Assembly: GCA_963792415.1 (NCBI GenBank)
Contig: CAWBVY010000005.1
Location: 32,001-96,000, forward strand
DNA length: 64,000 bases
Origin: Candidatus Deferrimicrobiaceae bacterium
GTDB taxonomy: Bacteria; Desulfobacterota; Deferrimicrobia; Deferrimicrobiales; Deferrimicrobiaceae
Reading direction: 5' to 3'
Shown piece by piece: positions 19,301-29,358 of this stretch. The translations under genes and the position numbers were made by a program. The notes beneath the pieces were generated by a model. The model made no database searches, was not told where the DNA came from, and was given only the letters and a program-made list of their open reading frames with translations. Each line of letters begins with the position of its first letter. Within the stretch, counting starts at the first letter, position 1.

Positions 19301-20634
19301 CTCCGCCCCCCGCGCCCCGGAAACGCCGACAAGACCGCGTTCGTGCTCGCTTCGGAGGCGCCGCGGAACGTTTCGAGCAATTCCTTCGCGCGCAGACCGG
19401 TCTCGCGGAAGAGGCTGGGGTCCGCTGCGAATCGCGTCAGCCGATCCGCGAGCTCCTCCTCCCCCGCGACGCGGATCAGGGCATCCCCGGCCAGGAACGC
19501 GTCGGCGATCTCCCGGAAATTCTCCATGTGAGGGCCGACGATCGTCGGCACGCCGTGCCACGACGGCTCGAGGACATTGTGCCCCCCCTTCGGAACGAGA
19601 CTCCCCCCGACGAACGCCAGGTCGGCCGCCGCGTACGCGCCCGAAAGCTCACCGACCGTGTCGAGGAGAAGAACCGTTTCCGGAAGGTGCCCCGCCCCCT
19701 CGGGGATCGCCGTGCGCCGCACCATGGATACGCCTTCCCGGTGGACGAGGGTCTCGACCGCGTCGAAGCGCTCCGGGTGGCGCGGCGCCAGGAGAAGCCG
19801 GATCGACGGGTTCCTCTCCCGCGCCGCGAGGAATGCCCGCAGGAGCTGCGCCTCCTCGTCGTCGTGCGTCGAGCCGGCGACGATCCACGCGGCTCCCGCG
19901 CCCTTCTCCTTCAGGAGAAGGACCGAAAGCGGCGACGCGCCGGACTCGGGGGGTGAAACGTCGAACTTCAGGTTCCCCCCCACGGTGACGATGTCCCGCG
20001 GGGCCCCCAGGGCGGCGAACCGCTCCGCATCCTCCGAGGTCTGGGCCGAGATCGTGCGCATCGTCCGGAGAATCGGGGCGAAGAACCAGCGGAACCGCAT
20101 ATATCCGACGAACGAGCGCTTCGACAACCGGCCGTTGACGATCACCACGGGAATCCCCCGACGGGCGCACGCGGCGATGAAGTTGGGCCAGATCTCGGTC
20201 TCGACGATCACCACGACGTCCGGCCGCACCCGGTCGAGGAACCGCCCGCAGAGCCCGGGAAGGTCGAACGGAAAGAAGAACCCTTCGTCGACGACGCCGG
20301 AGAGGGATTTGACCGCCGTCTCCCGCCCGGTGAGCGTCACGCTCGAGACGAGGAGACGGGCGTCGGCGGCGCGCCGCCGCAAAAGGCGAAGGAGAGGGAC
20401 GGCCGCGAGGGTCTCCCCCACGGATACCGCGTGGACCCACACGGTCGGACGTCCGTCGATGGGCGTCTGCCGGGGGACGCCGCGCAGTCCGATCCGCTCC
20501 GGCAGGTTCGCCCTCCGCTTCCGGGAGAAGAGGACCCAAGGAATCCATACGGGAGCTCCAACGACAAGACCCGCACCCAGCAGAAGGTTGTAGAGCAGGT
20601 GCCCCGGGCTCCCGGGGAGGAACGGGCGCTCCAC
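19297..20634 (-). CDS. waaA: 3-deoxy-D-manno-octulosonic acid (Kdo) transferase
   Basis: WVHAVSVGE, ETEIWPN, NGRLS, GNLKFD, AGSTH, APRHPERF, GGSLVPKGGHNVLEP. Confidence 0.96.
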   Translation of the reverse strand: MERPFLPGSPGHLLYNLLLGAGLVVGAPVWIPWVLFSRKRRANLPERIGLRGVPRQTPIDGRPTVWVHAVSVGETLAAVPLLRLLRRRAADARLLVSSVTLTGRETAVKSLSGVVDEGFFFPFDLPGLCGRFLDRVRPDVVVIVETEIWPNFIAACARRGIPVVIVNGRLSKRSFVGYMRFRWFFAPILRTMRTISAQTSEDAERFAALGAPRDIVTVGGNLKFDVSPPESGASPLSVLLLKEKGAGAAWIVAGSTHDDEEAQLLRAFLAARERNPSIRLLLAPRHPERFDAVETLVHREGVSMVRRTAIPEGAGHLPETVLLLDTVGELSGAYAAADLAFVGGSLVPKGGHNVLEPSWHGVPTIVGPHMENFREIADAFLAGDALIRVAGEEELADRLTRFAADPSLFRETGLRAKELLETFRGASEASTNAVLSAFPGRGGRR

Positions 20635-20638
20635 CGCA

Positions 20639-22408
20639 CTAGCCTCCGCCCGTTTCGCGATCCGGGAGATCGGCCTTCCGCTCCTCGAACTGCTTCAGGT
20701 AGTAGGACCGGTAGCGGGACTCCCGGGAAAGAAGTTCCTCGTGCCGCCCCCGCTCGACGATGCGCCCGTCCTCCACCACGAAGATCACGTCCGCGTTGCG
20801 GACCGTGGAGAGCCGGTGGGCGATGACGAACGTCGTGCGTCCGTGCATGAGGGCGTCCAGCGCCTCCTGGACCACGTGCTCCGATTCGGTGTCGAGCGCG
20901 GAAGTGGCCTCGTCGAGGATGAGCAGCGGGGCGTCCTTCAGCAGCGCCCGGGCGATCGCGAGGCGCTGCCGTTCCCCCCCGGACAGCCGCAGCCCCTGCT
21001 CCCCGACGACCGTCCCGTACCCGTCGGGCATCCGTTCGATGAACGGGTGCGCGTTGGCGCGGCGCGCCGCCTCGACCACCTTCTCCATCGGGGCGGCGGG
21101 CATCCCGTAGGCGATGTTGTTCCGGATCGTGTCGTTGAAGAGCACCGTGTGCTGGCTCACGATCCCGATCTGCCCGCGAAGGGAAGCGAGTGTGACGTCC
21201 CGGACGTCGACACCATCGATCCGGATCGCGCCCTCCTGCGGGTCGTAGAACCGCGGGATCAGGTCGACCAATGTGGTCTTCCCCGCCCCGCTGGAGCCGA
21301 CGATGGCGACCATCGTCCCGGCCGGAATACGGAAGTCGATCTCCTTCAGGACCGTTTCCCCCCCCGGGACGTACCGGAAATCGACGCGTTCGAAGGCGAT
21401 CTCCTTCCGGATCGGCGCGAGCGTCCCGGCGCCCTCCGCCTCGCGTACCTCCGGCAGCGTGTCGATCACCTCGAAGACGCGACCCCCGGCGGCGAGCCCC
21501 TGCTGGACGACGTTGTTGATCCGGGAGAGCCGTTTCACCGGCTCGTAGAGCATGAAGAGCGCGGTGATGAAGGAGAAAAAATTGCCCGTCGTGCTGTGGC
21601 CGCTCACCACGCTGTGGCCGCCGTAGTAGATGACCGCCGCCGCCCCGACCCCGGCGAACATCTCGGAGAGCGGGGAGGTCATCGCCTGCACCTTCACGAC
21701 CTTCATGCTGAGCCGGAATAGTTCGTAGTTCCGCTTGGAGAATCGCTGCGTCTCGTACGTTTCGGCCCCGAACGACTTCACCAGCTTCGCCCCGCTGAAC
21801 GTCTCCTGCAGATGGGACGAGAGCCCTCCCGTGATCTCCTGGGCCTTGACGCTCGTGCGCCGCAACTTCCGGCCGAACCGGGCGATAGGCCAGAAGGCGA
21901 GCGGGAAGACGACCAGGGCGATGAGCGCCAGCTTCCAGTCGCGATAGAAGATGACGAACACGAGAAACGCCGCGGTGAAGATGTCCTTGACGAGCCCGGT
22001 GGCGGCGTCGGTGATCGCGCTCTGCATCAGGCCGACGTCGTTCAGGACGCGGGACATCAGGACCCCGGTGGGGTGCCGCAGGTAGAACGAGAGCGACAGC
22101 GACTGCATGTGGCGGTACAGGTGATCGCGGATGTCCCGCACCACACGCTGCCCGACCCCGGCCATCAGGTAGCTCTGGGTGAACTCGAGCGCGCCGCGGA
22201 CGACGTAGATCGCCAGCACCAGGAGCGGGATGTACGTCAGCTGGGTGGCGTCCTTCCGGATGAAGATGTCGTCGAGGATCGGCTTGACGAGGAAGGCGGT
22301 CGAGCCGCTGAGGGCCGAAACGCCGACCATCACCAGCATCGCAAGGAGAAGCCTCGGAACGTACGGCCGTGTGTATTCGAGCATCCGCCGGTAGAGACTC
22401 ACGCCCAT
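20639..22408 (-). CDS. msbA: Lipid A export ABC transporter (fused TMD-NBD)
   Basis: Six-TM N-terminus, GSSGAGKTT, LSGGERQRLAIARA, ILDEATSALD; lipid A operon context. Confidence 0.92.
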   Translation of the reverse strand: MGVSLYRRMLEYTRPYVPRLLLAMLVMVGVSALSGSTAFLVKPILDDIFIRKDATQLTYIPLLVLAIYVVRGALEFTQSYLMAGVGQRVVRDIRDHLYRHMQSLSLSFYLRHPTGVLMSRVLNDVGLMQSAITDAATGLVKDIFTAAFLVFVIFYRDWKLALIALVVFPLAFWPIARFGRKLRRTSVKAQEITGGLSSHLQETFSGAKLVKSFGAETYETQRFSKRNYELFRLSMKVVKVQAMTSPLSEMFAGVGAAAVIYYGGHSVVSGHSTTGNFFSFITALFMLYEPVKRLSRINNVVQQGLAAGGRVFEVIDTLPEVREAEGAGTLAPIRKEIAFERVDFRYVPGGETVLKEIDFRIPAGTMVAIVGSSGAGKTTLVDLIPRFYDPQEGAIRIDGVDVRDVTLASLRGQIGIVSQHTVLFNDTIRNNIAYGMPAAPMEKVVEAARRANAHPFIERMPDGYGTVVGEQGLRLSGGERQRLAIARALLKDAPLLILDEATSALDTESEHVVQEALDALMHGRTTFVIAHRLSTVRNADVIFVVEDGRIVERGRHEELLSRESRYRSYYLKQFEERKADLPDRETGGG

Positions 22409-23544
22409 GCTTCCGCCGCCTCCTTCGCCAGCATCGAAACGACCGCCTCCGTGGGTCCAGGGCCGCGAAGCAGCGAACGCAGCGAGAGCCCCTTCGCGCG
22501 CAGACGCACCCGAAGGTCCGGATCGGACAGGATCTCCCCGGCGGCGGCGGCGATCCGCAGCGGGGTGCAGTCGTCCTGGAGCAACTCCGGCAGGAACTTC
22601 TCTCCCGATGCGATGTTGGGAAGGCCGACGCAGTCCACCTTCGCCAGGCTACGACCGACCTGGTAGCTCAACCAGGAGGTCCGGTAGACGATGACCGCCG
22701 GCACGCCGAGCAGGGCAAGCTCGAGCGTGACGGTCCCCGAAACCGCTATTGCGGCTTCCAGGCCCCGGAAGAGGAGTTGCCGCGCCTCGTCCACCAGCGT
22801 AATCGGAAGCCCCGACTCCGCGACCTCGCGGGCGATCGCCTCCCGCAGCGCCGGGCGCGCCACGGGAAGGGCGAAGTGGAGGTCGGGATACCGTTGAAGG
22901 AGGAGGCGCGCGGCGGAGAGCAGGATCGGAAGGTGCGCGGCGATTTCCCCCGGCCGGCTTCCCGGCAGCAGCCCGATCCCGCGCATCCCCCGGGGGATCC
23001 CGAACCGCTCCGGGTCGGGAGGCGCGTCGAGAAACGGGGAGAGCTCGTCGAGGATCGGATGGCCGGCGAAGACGGCGTTGACGCCGCTCGCGCGAAGGAA
23101 ATCCACCTCGAAGGGGAAAAGGACGACCGCGCCCTTCGTGAACCGGGAGAGGGTCTTCGCCCGGCCGGAACGCCAGGCCCACACCTGCGGGGGGACGTAG
23201 TAGACCACGGGGATCCCGCGCCGGGCGGCGGTTTTCCCCACCCGGAAGTTGAAGTCGGGAAAGTCGACGAGCAGGACCGCCCCGATGTCGGGACGGCTCA
23301 CGCGCTCCGTGACCGCGGAAAGGGCCGCGCGGATCGCCGGAAGGCGCCGCAGCACAGCCGTGACGCCGATGACGGAGATGTCCCCGTAATCCCGCAGGAT
23401 CCTCACCCCTTCCGCCGCGAGAAGCGCGCTTCCGATCCCCTCCATCGGGACGCCCGGGAACCGGGCGCGAAACGCGCGCGCCACCCGCGCGGCGTACGCT
23501 TCCCCGGAAGGCTCCCCGCAGGCGAGGAACAAGGTTTTCGGCAT
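22399..23544 (-). CDS. lpxB: Lipid-A-disaccharide synthase
   Basis: CGEPSGE, VDFPDFN, YYVPPQVWAWR, FPFE, GHP, LLPGSR..EI, SGTVTLE. Confidence 0.96.
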   Translation of the reverse strand: MPKTLFLACGEPSGEAYAARVARAFRARFPGVPMEGIGSALLAAEGVRILRDYGDISVIGVTAVLRRLPAIRAALSAVTERVSRPDIGAVLLVDFPDFNFRVGKTAARRGIPVVYYVPPQVWAWRSGRAKTLSRFTKGAVVLFPFEVDFLRASGVNAVFAGHPILDELSPFLDAPPDPERFGIPRGMRGIGLLPGSRPGEIAAHLPILLSAARLLLQRYPDLHFALPVARPALREAIAREVAESGLPITLVDEARQLLFRGLEAAIAVSGTVTLELALLGVPAVIVYRTSWLSYQVGRSLAKVDCVGLPNIASGEKFLPELLQDDCTPLRIAAAAGEILSDPDLRVRLRAKGLSLRSLLRGPGPTEAVVSMLAKEAAEAWA

Positions 23545-23554
23545 CCCGGGTATC

Positions 23555-24337
23555 TTACCTCAGGACGCCGCGCTTGCTCTCGCGGACGAAAGCGATCAGG
23601 TGTTTGACCTCGGGGAGCGGCGGCAGTTCCGCCTCGGCCTTCGCGAGCGCCTCCTTGAGGGGAACCTCCGCCCGGAAGATGATCTTGAACGCCTGCTTCA
23701 ATGCCGTCACGGTCTCCGGAGAGAAGCGGTTCCGCCGGAGTCCGATGAGGTTCAGCCCATACAGCGCGAACCCGCGCTGCGGTCGCGACACGACCGCCGT
23801 GACGTAGGGCGGAACGTCCTGCGAAACGCCCGACATCCCGCCGATGATGCAGTGCGCCCCGATCCGGACGAACTGGTGCACCGCCGTCAACCCGCCGATG
23901 ATCGCGCCGTCCTCGATGGTGATGTGGCCCGCGAGGGTGGCCGCGTTCGCCATGATGACGCGACTCCCCACGGCGCAGTCGTGGGCGATGTGGCAGTACG
24001 CCATCACCAGGGTGTTGCTCCCGATCCGCGTCACTCCCCCACCCCCGGCGGTGCCACGGTTCACGGTGGCGAACTCGCGGATGATGTTCTCGTCCCCCAT
24101 TTCCACCCACGACTCCTCGCCGCGGAACTTCAGGTCCTGCGGGATCGCACCGACGGAGGCGAACGAGTGGATGCGGTTCCCCTTCCCCATCCGGACGTGG
24201 GATTCGATGACGGCGTGCGAACCGACGGTGGTCCCGTCGCCGATCGTCACCTTCGGACCGATCACGGCGAACGGCCCCACGGTGACGTCCTTCCCGAGCT
24301 CCGCCCCCGGGTCGATGATGGCGGTCGGATGGATCAT
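23555..24337 (-). CDS. lpxA: UDP-N-acetylglucosamine O-acyltransferase
   Basis: MIHPTAII, hexapeptide repeats, PQDLKF, IREF.TVNRGT, HIAHDC, VHQFVRIG, GLNLIGLRR. Confidence 0.96.
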   Translation of the reverse strand: MIHPTAIIDPGAELGKDVTVGPFAVIGPKVTIGDGTTVGSHAVIESHVRMGKGNRIHSFASVGAIPQDLKFRGEESWVEMGDENIIREFATVNRGTAGGGGVTRIGSNTLVMAYCHIAHDCAVGSRVIMANAATLAGHITIEDGAIIGGLTAVHQFVRIGAHCIIGGMSGVSQDVPPYVTAVVSRPQRGFALYGLNLIGLRRNRFSPETVTALKQAFKIIFRAEVPLKEALAKAEAELPPLPEVKHLIAFVRESKRGVLR

Positions 24338-24792
24338 GTCGCCTCCTCTACGCCGTCCGGCACCGCGCCGTTCGGGATCGTCGCGGTCACGTCCCCTTTG
24401 GCCACGAGCGCGCCGTCGACCCGGGCCTCCCCGTGCATCTTCCAGACCGGCCCCTTGTGGGCGATCACGGTGATCTCCAGGCGAAGCTGGTCTCCCGGCA
24501 CGACCGGACGTCGGAACTTGCAATTGTCGATTCCGGTGAAATACGCGATCCGCGTCCCGCCGCCCATCTCCTTGAGCGCGAGGATCCCCCCCGTCTGCGC
24601 GAGGGCCTCGATGATCAGGACCCCCGGCATGATCGGGTGTCCCGGAAAGTGCCCCTGGAAGTACGGCTCGTTGATCGTCACGTTCTTGATGCCGACGATC
24701 CGCTTCCCGGGTTCCCACTCCACGATCCGGTCGACGAACAGAAACGGGTACCGGTGCGGCAACAGCTCCATGATTTCCCGGATTCGAAACAC
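24334..24792 (-). CDS. fabZ: 3-hydroxyacyl-ACP dehydratase
   Basis: LPHRYPFLFVDR, KNVTINEPYFQGHFP..PIMPGVLIIEALAQ, FRRPVVPGD. Confidence 0.97.
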   Translation of the reverse strand: MFRIREIMELLPHRYPFLFVDRIVEWEPGKRIVGIKNVTINEPYFQGHFPGHPIMPGVLIIEALAQTGGILALKEMGGGTRIAYFTGIDNCKFRRPVVPGDQLRLEITVIAHKGPVWKMHGEARVDGALVAKGDVTATIPNGAVPDGVEEAT

Positions 24793-24793
24793 G

Positions 24794-25825
24794 TCACTCC
24801 TCCTCGTCCGCAGGTTTTCCGCCCTCCAGCCGGGCGACCCGCCGGAAGAGCTCCGGCAGCCTCGGCAGGAGCGTCGCCATCTTCAGCCATGTCCTGTGGG
24901 GCATCGCCGGCACTCCCGACCACGCCCGGTTCTCCTTCGCCGAGAGCGAGACGGCCACGCCGGTCTTCGCTCCGAGCATCACCCCGTCGCCCACCTCGAG
25001 GTGCCCCGCCAGCCCCGCCTGTCCTCCGATCATCACGCGGTCCCCGACCCGGGCGCTTCCCGCGATCCCCACCTGGGCCGCGATCACCGTGTCCCGCCCG
25101 ATCTCCACGTTGTGCCCCACCTGGATCAGGTTGTCCAGCTTGGTGCCCGGGCCTACGCGGGTGACCCCGAGCGCCGCGCGGTCGATCGTGGTGTTCGCCC
25201 CGATCTCGACGTCGTCCCCGATCTCGACGGTCCCCACCTGCGGGATCTTCCGGTACCCCTCCGGCGTCGGCGCGAACCCGAAGCCGTCGCTGCCGATCAC
25301 GCAGCCGGCGTGCAGGAGCGCCCGCTTCCCGACACGCACCCCTTCGTAGAGGGTGACCCGCGGGTGAAGAACGGAGTCTTCGCCGACGACCGCCCCCCTC
25401 CCGACGTACGCCCCGGGGTACAGCGTGACCCGGTCCCCGACGACCGCTTTCTCTGCGACGACGGCGAACGGGCCGACGTGGACCTCCTTCCCCAGCACGG
25501 CGGTCGGATGAATGCTGGCCTGCGCCGAAACGCCCGCGGGGAGCCGCACCGGCGGGTGGAACCGCTCGACGGCGCGGGCGAAGGCGAGGTACGGATCCGG
25601 CGTCAGCAGGAACGCGCACCCGGCGCCGGGGATCGGCTGTTTGGCGATGATCGCCGAGGCCTTCGTCTCGCGGGCCTGGTGGGCGTACTTCGGGTTCGAC
25701 AGGAAGGTGACCTGCCCCGGCCCGGCCTCGTCGACCCCGGCGATCCCGCTCACCTCGGCATCCTCCCCCTGGAGGCGGGCTCCGATCTCCTCCGCCAGAA
25801 CCGAGAGAAGGAACTTATTTCCCAC
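24794..25825 (-). CDS. lpxD: UDP-3-O-acylglucosamine N-acyltransferase
   Basis: TFLSNPKY, DPYLAFA, IGSDGFGF, KIPQVG.V, EIGANTTIDRA, KLDNLIQVGHNV. Confidence 0.96.
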   Translation of the reverse strand: MGNKFLLSVLAEEIGARLQGEDAEVSGIAGVDEAGPGQVTFLSNPKYAHQARETKASAIIAKQPIPGAGCAFLLTPDPYLAFARAVERFHPPVRLPAGVSAQASIHPTAVLGKEVHVGPFAVVAEKAVVGDRVTLYPGAYVGRGAVVGEDSVLHPRVTLYEGVRVGKRALLHAGCVIGSDGFGFAPTPEGYRKIPQVGTVEIGDDVEIGANTTIDRAALGVTRVGPGTKLDNLIQVGHNVEIGRDTVIAAQVGIAGSARVGDRVMIGGQAGLAGHLEVGDGVMLGAKTGVAVSLSAKENRAWSGVPAMPHRTWLKMATLLPRLPELFRRVARLEGGKPADEEE

Positions 25826-26369
25826 TGCCGCTTCCCTTTTTCTCCGGCGCCGGCTTGACGCCTTCGTTCACCAGGGCCAGGACCCGGGACGAGATGTCCA
25901 TCGACGGGTTGAAATGGATGACCCCCGCCGTCTTCTCGAGGACGAGATCGAACTTTTCGGCCTTCACCACGATGTCGATCTTCGCCTCGACCGACTTGAG
26001 CACTTCCCGGGTGAACTCGGCCTGCCGGGCCTGCATTTCCTTCTCCCCCTCCTGGGTCATCTGCCGCAGTTCGTTGATCTTCGCCTGGAGGGCGTCCTCC
26101 TTCTCCTTGAGCTTCTCCTTGCCCAGCATCACCTTCTGCTTGTCGATCTCGTCCTTGATCTTGCGTGCCTCTTCCTGCTTCGCGTCGATCGCTTTTTTCA
26201 ACTCCTCGTACCGGGCCTCCATCTTCTTCTTCGCCGCCTGTCCCGCCGCGGAGTCGTTGAGGACCTTGTTCATGTCGATGACGGCCACCCGCAACCCTTC
26301 GGCGAGAGAGGCCCCCGCGAAGACCGCCGTGACCAATGCCGCTACCAGGAGGATTCCCGCTTTCCGCAT
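25815..26369 (-). CDS. skp: Periplasmic chaperone Skp/OmpH
   Basis: Signal peptide, RVAVIDMNKVL, coiled-coil body, FDLVLEK..DIS..VL; located between bamA and lpxD. Confidence 0.9.
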   Translation of the reverse strand: MRKAGILLVAALVTAVFAGASLAEGLRVAVIDMNKVLNDSAAGQAAKKKMEARYEELKKAIDAKQEEARKIKDEIDKQKVMLGKEKLKEKEDALQAKINELRQMTQEGEKEMQARQAEFTREVLKSVEAKIDIVVKAEKFDLVLEKTAGVIHFNPSMDISSRVLALVNEGVKPAPEKKGSGSGK

Positions 26370-26401
26370 CTCTAGTCTCCTTTTCCCATTCCGTAGTTCG
26401 A

Positions 26402-28681
26402 TCAGAACGCCGTCCCGATCGTGAATTCCATCACGCGCCTCGGCTGCCCTTCCGGGCGGTCGAGATTCCATCCCACCTCGAATCGCAGCGGCCCCATCGG
26501 GGAGTACCAGCGTACGCCCACCCCGTAGGCCGCCCAGACTCCCTGGTCGTTGAAGGGCCATTCTCCCTGCGCCCAGGCGTTCCCGACGTCGAAAAAGAAC
26601 ACCCCCTTGAAAGAGATCTCGCTGATGAGTGGAAACAGGTACTCGAAGTTCGCGATCAGTTCCTTGTTCCCCCCGATCAATTCCCCGGTGACGGGGTCCG
26701 CCGGCGAGAGGGACCGGGACTCGAACCCCCGGATGCTGTAAGGCCCCCCCAGGAAAAACCGCTCGAACAGCGGGACCTCCTCGCCCCCCATGGTCGGAAC
26801 CACGTGTCCCCATAAGATGTTCCACGAAAAAGTGGTGGTGGCGGTCAGCGGGTAGAACCGCTTCGCGTTCAGGAAATATTTGACGAACTGGCTGTCGCCC
26901 CCCAACGGGCCGCCCGCGTACTCCAGAGTAGCCGATTGGTAGCCTCCCCGCGAGGGGTCGATGGACCGGTCCGTGGTGTTCCGGGTCACGATGAAGCCGA
27001 TGCTGTGGGTTTTCTGGAGGCCCTTGTCGATCTCCTGCTGCACGTTGTATGAGGGAACGGTGCCGGACAGCGGAAGGATCTTGGTTTCATCCATCCGGAG
27101 GAAGACGGACCCGTTGATGAACCTCGAAAAGTTGTATCCGAAGCCCACCCTTCCGCCTCGCGCCTCCTTCTCGAAATCGGTGTACTTCACCTTCGTATTG
27201 TAGGCGCCGACCAGCAGGCTGAAGTCGGTGTCCAGGAAATTCGGATCGCGGAAGTCGAGGCTGAACGTGGTCCGACGCGCCCCGAACTGGGAGTTGAGGG
27301 ACGCCTTCCAGCCCCTGCCGAAGAGGTTGTTCTCGGTCACATTGACCACGCCGAAGATCTTGTCGATCGAACTGTACCCGAGCCCCCCCGACAGGGTCCC
27401 GGTCGGCCCTTCCTGCACCTCTACCTTGACGTCCATCTCTTCGGGTACGGACGAAGGGGCGGTGCTGATCTTCACGTCCTTGAAGTACGACGAGCGGGTC
27501 AGGTTCTCCTTGCTCGTTTTCAGTCCCGTGGCCGTGTAGGTCCGCCCATCGGCGACGTCGAGATTGCGGCGGACGACGCGGTCCAGCGTCTTCGTGTTTC
27601 CGGAGATCTCCACTTTTCCGAAGTGGAACTTCTTGCCCCGCTCGAACCGGTACGTCACATCGGCGACCGGGTACTCCTTGCTTTTTTCCACCCCCGGGGA
27701 AACGAGGGCCTGCGCGTACCCTTCGTCGTTCACGAGGGTGGTGAGGGCGAGCAGGTCGGACAGGAGCATCTCCCGGTTGAAGATTTCGCCCTGGGTGAGC
27801 ATCACCGTCCTTCGAAGCACGTTCTCCGTGATGCCGGATTCCCCGGAGAAGCGGATCTCCCCGACACGGTACTGCCGCCCCTCGAAGATCCGGATCGTGA
27901 GGACCAGCCCTTGTTTCCCCCGATCGACGACCGGCTCGGAGACCTTGGAGTCCATGAACCCGCTGTTCTGGTAGAGCGCCTCGATCTTCCGCACGTCGTT
28001 TTCGAGGACATCCTTCTTGAAGGCACCGGAGTCGGTGATGAAGGATAACCATCCCTTCTCCGAGGTGTCCATCACCTTGAGGATCGCCTTCGCGGTGTGG
28101 TACTGGTTCCCTGTGATGAGGATCCGTTCGATCTTCAGCTTCGGACCCTCGGCAACCCGGAAGGTCACCCGGCGGGCGCCATCGGTATCCTCCGAGACGA
28201 ACGACTCAACAGTAGCGTCGATAAACCCTTTGTTTTGGCATACTTCCTTTAATTTTCTCGTAGATTCCTTTATCTTATCCTCCTGATAAAGAGACCGCTC
28301 CTTGACGGTCAGGGCGGCGCGCAGGTCGGCGGTATCCACGTCCTTGTTCCCCTCGATCAGGACAGCGCCGACGATCGGCTTCTCGGCGACGATCACGGTG
28401 AGGCGATACCCGCCCGGGACCTCCTCCGTGTCGAAAGTGACGTCGCGGAAATACCCCATCCTGTAGATCGCCTTGACGTCCTGCCGAACCTTCTCCAGGT
28501 CCAGTTCCTCTCCGACCTGGGTACTCATCACCTTCCGGATCGCGTCCGGGGCAACGCGGGTGGCCCCCCGCACCTCGATCGCCTGCACGCGGAACTCGGC
28601 GGATTCCACGCTCCCGGCGCCGATCAGGAGGAGGGCCGCGCACAGGAACACCCTGTGGAGGACCGGGATATTCCCCCTCAC
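26402..28681 (-). CDS. bamA: Outer membrane protein assembly factor BamA
   Basis: POTRA repeats (IEVRG, I.GN), GNTKTLDRVVRR, ENNLFGRG, FFLGG.YSIRGF, YSPMGPLRF, C-terminal F; start is approximate (GTG overlapping lolD stop). Confidence 0.95.
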   Translation of the reverse strand: MRGNIPVLHRVFLCAALLLIGAGSVESAEFRVQAIEVRGATRVAPDAIRKVMSTQVGEELDLEKVRQDVKAIYRMGYFRDVTFDTEEVPGGYRLTVIVAEKPIVGAVLIEGNKDVDTADLRAALTVKERSLYQEDKIKESTRKLKEVCQNKGFIDATVESFVSEDTDGARRVTFRVAEGPKLKIERILITGNQYHTAKAILKVMDTSEKGWLSFITDSGAFKKDVLENDVRKIEALYQNSGFMDSKVSEPVVDRGKQGLVLTIRIFEGRQYRVGEIRFSGESGITENVLRRTVMLTQGEIFNREMLLSDLLALTTLVNDEGYAQALVSPGVEKSKEYPVADVTYRFERGKKFHFGKVEISGNTKTLDRVVRRNLDVADGRTYTATGLKTSKENLTRSSYFKDVKISTAPSSVPEEMDVKVEVQEGPTGTLSGGLGYSSIDKIFGVVNVTENNLFGRGWKASLNSQFGARRTTFSLDFRDPNFLDTDFSLLVGAYNTKVKYTDFEKEARGGRVGFGYNFSRFINGSVFLRMDETKILPLSGTVPSYNVQQEIDKGLQKTHSIGFIVTRNTTDRSIDPSRGGYQSATLEYAGGPLGGDSQFVKYFLNAKRFYPLTATTTFSWNILWGHVVPTMGGEEVPLFERFFLGGPYSIRGFESRSLSPADPVTGELIGGNKELIANFEYLFPLISEISFKGVFFFDVGNAWAQGEWPFNDQGVWAAYGVGVRWYSPMGPLRFEVGWNLDRPEGQPRRVMEFTIGTAF

Positions 28682-29358
28682 GGGGCGATCCTCCCGTCGT
28701 CGATCCGGATCACGCGGTGAAGACGGGACGCGACCTGGTCGTTGTGCGTCACCATGAGCAGGGACAGGCCCCTCGACCGGTTGAGCGACAGCAGAAGGTC
28801 GACCACGCCGGAGGCCGTCGCACGATCGAGGTTTCCGGTCGGCTCGTCGGCCAGCAGGACCGATGGCTCCATCACGAGGGCCCGGCAGATCGCCGTGCGT
28901 TGCTGCTCGCCGCCGGAGATCTCCCCGGTGCGGTGCGCGAGACGTTCCGAAAGCCCTACCTCCTCGAGAAGCGCGACGGCCCGCCGGCGCGCTTCCGCGG
29001 GATCCATCCGCGCGATCAGGCACGGAAGCGTCACGTTCTCGAGGACGCTGAATTCCGGCAGGAGATTGTGGGACTGGAAGACGAACCCTACGGACCGGTT
29101 CCGGAAGGCGGCCATCTCGTCCGCGGGGAGATGCGTCACGTCCCTTCCACCGTACAGGACGTTTCCGGAGGTCGCACGGTCGAGTGTCCCGAGGATCTGG
29201 AGCAGCGTCGTCTTGCCGGCGCCGGAGATGCCGACCACCCCCGCCGTCTCGCCCCGCGCGAGGGAGAGGGAAACCCCCTTGAGCACCTCGATGTCGTACC
29301 CGTCGCGGCGGAACACCTTCCAGACCTCCTGGGCCTGCAGGGCGGGCGCTTCACTCAT
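28678..29358 (-). CDS. lolD: Lipoprotein-releasing ABC transporter ATPase
   Basis: GISGAGKTT, GFVFQSHNLLPEFS, ISGGEQQR, ADEPTGNLD; follows lolC/E. Confidence 0.92.
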   Translation of the reverse strand: MSEAPALQAQEVWKVFRRDGYDIEVLKGVSLSLARGETAGVVGISGAGKTTLLQILGTLDRATSGNVLYGGRDVTHLPADEMAAFRNRSVGFVFQSHNLLPEFSVLENVTLPCLIARMDPAEARRRAVALLEEVGLSERLAHRTGEISGGEQQRTAICRALVMEPSVLLADEPTGNLDRATASGVVDLLLSLNRSRGLSLLMVTHNDQVASRLHRVIRIDDGRIAP

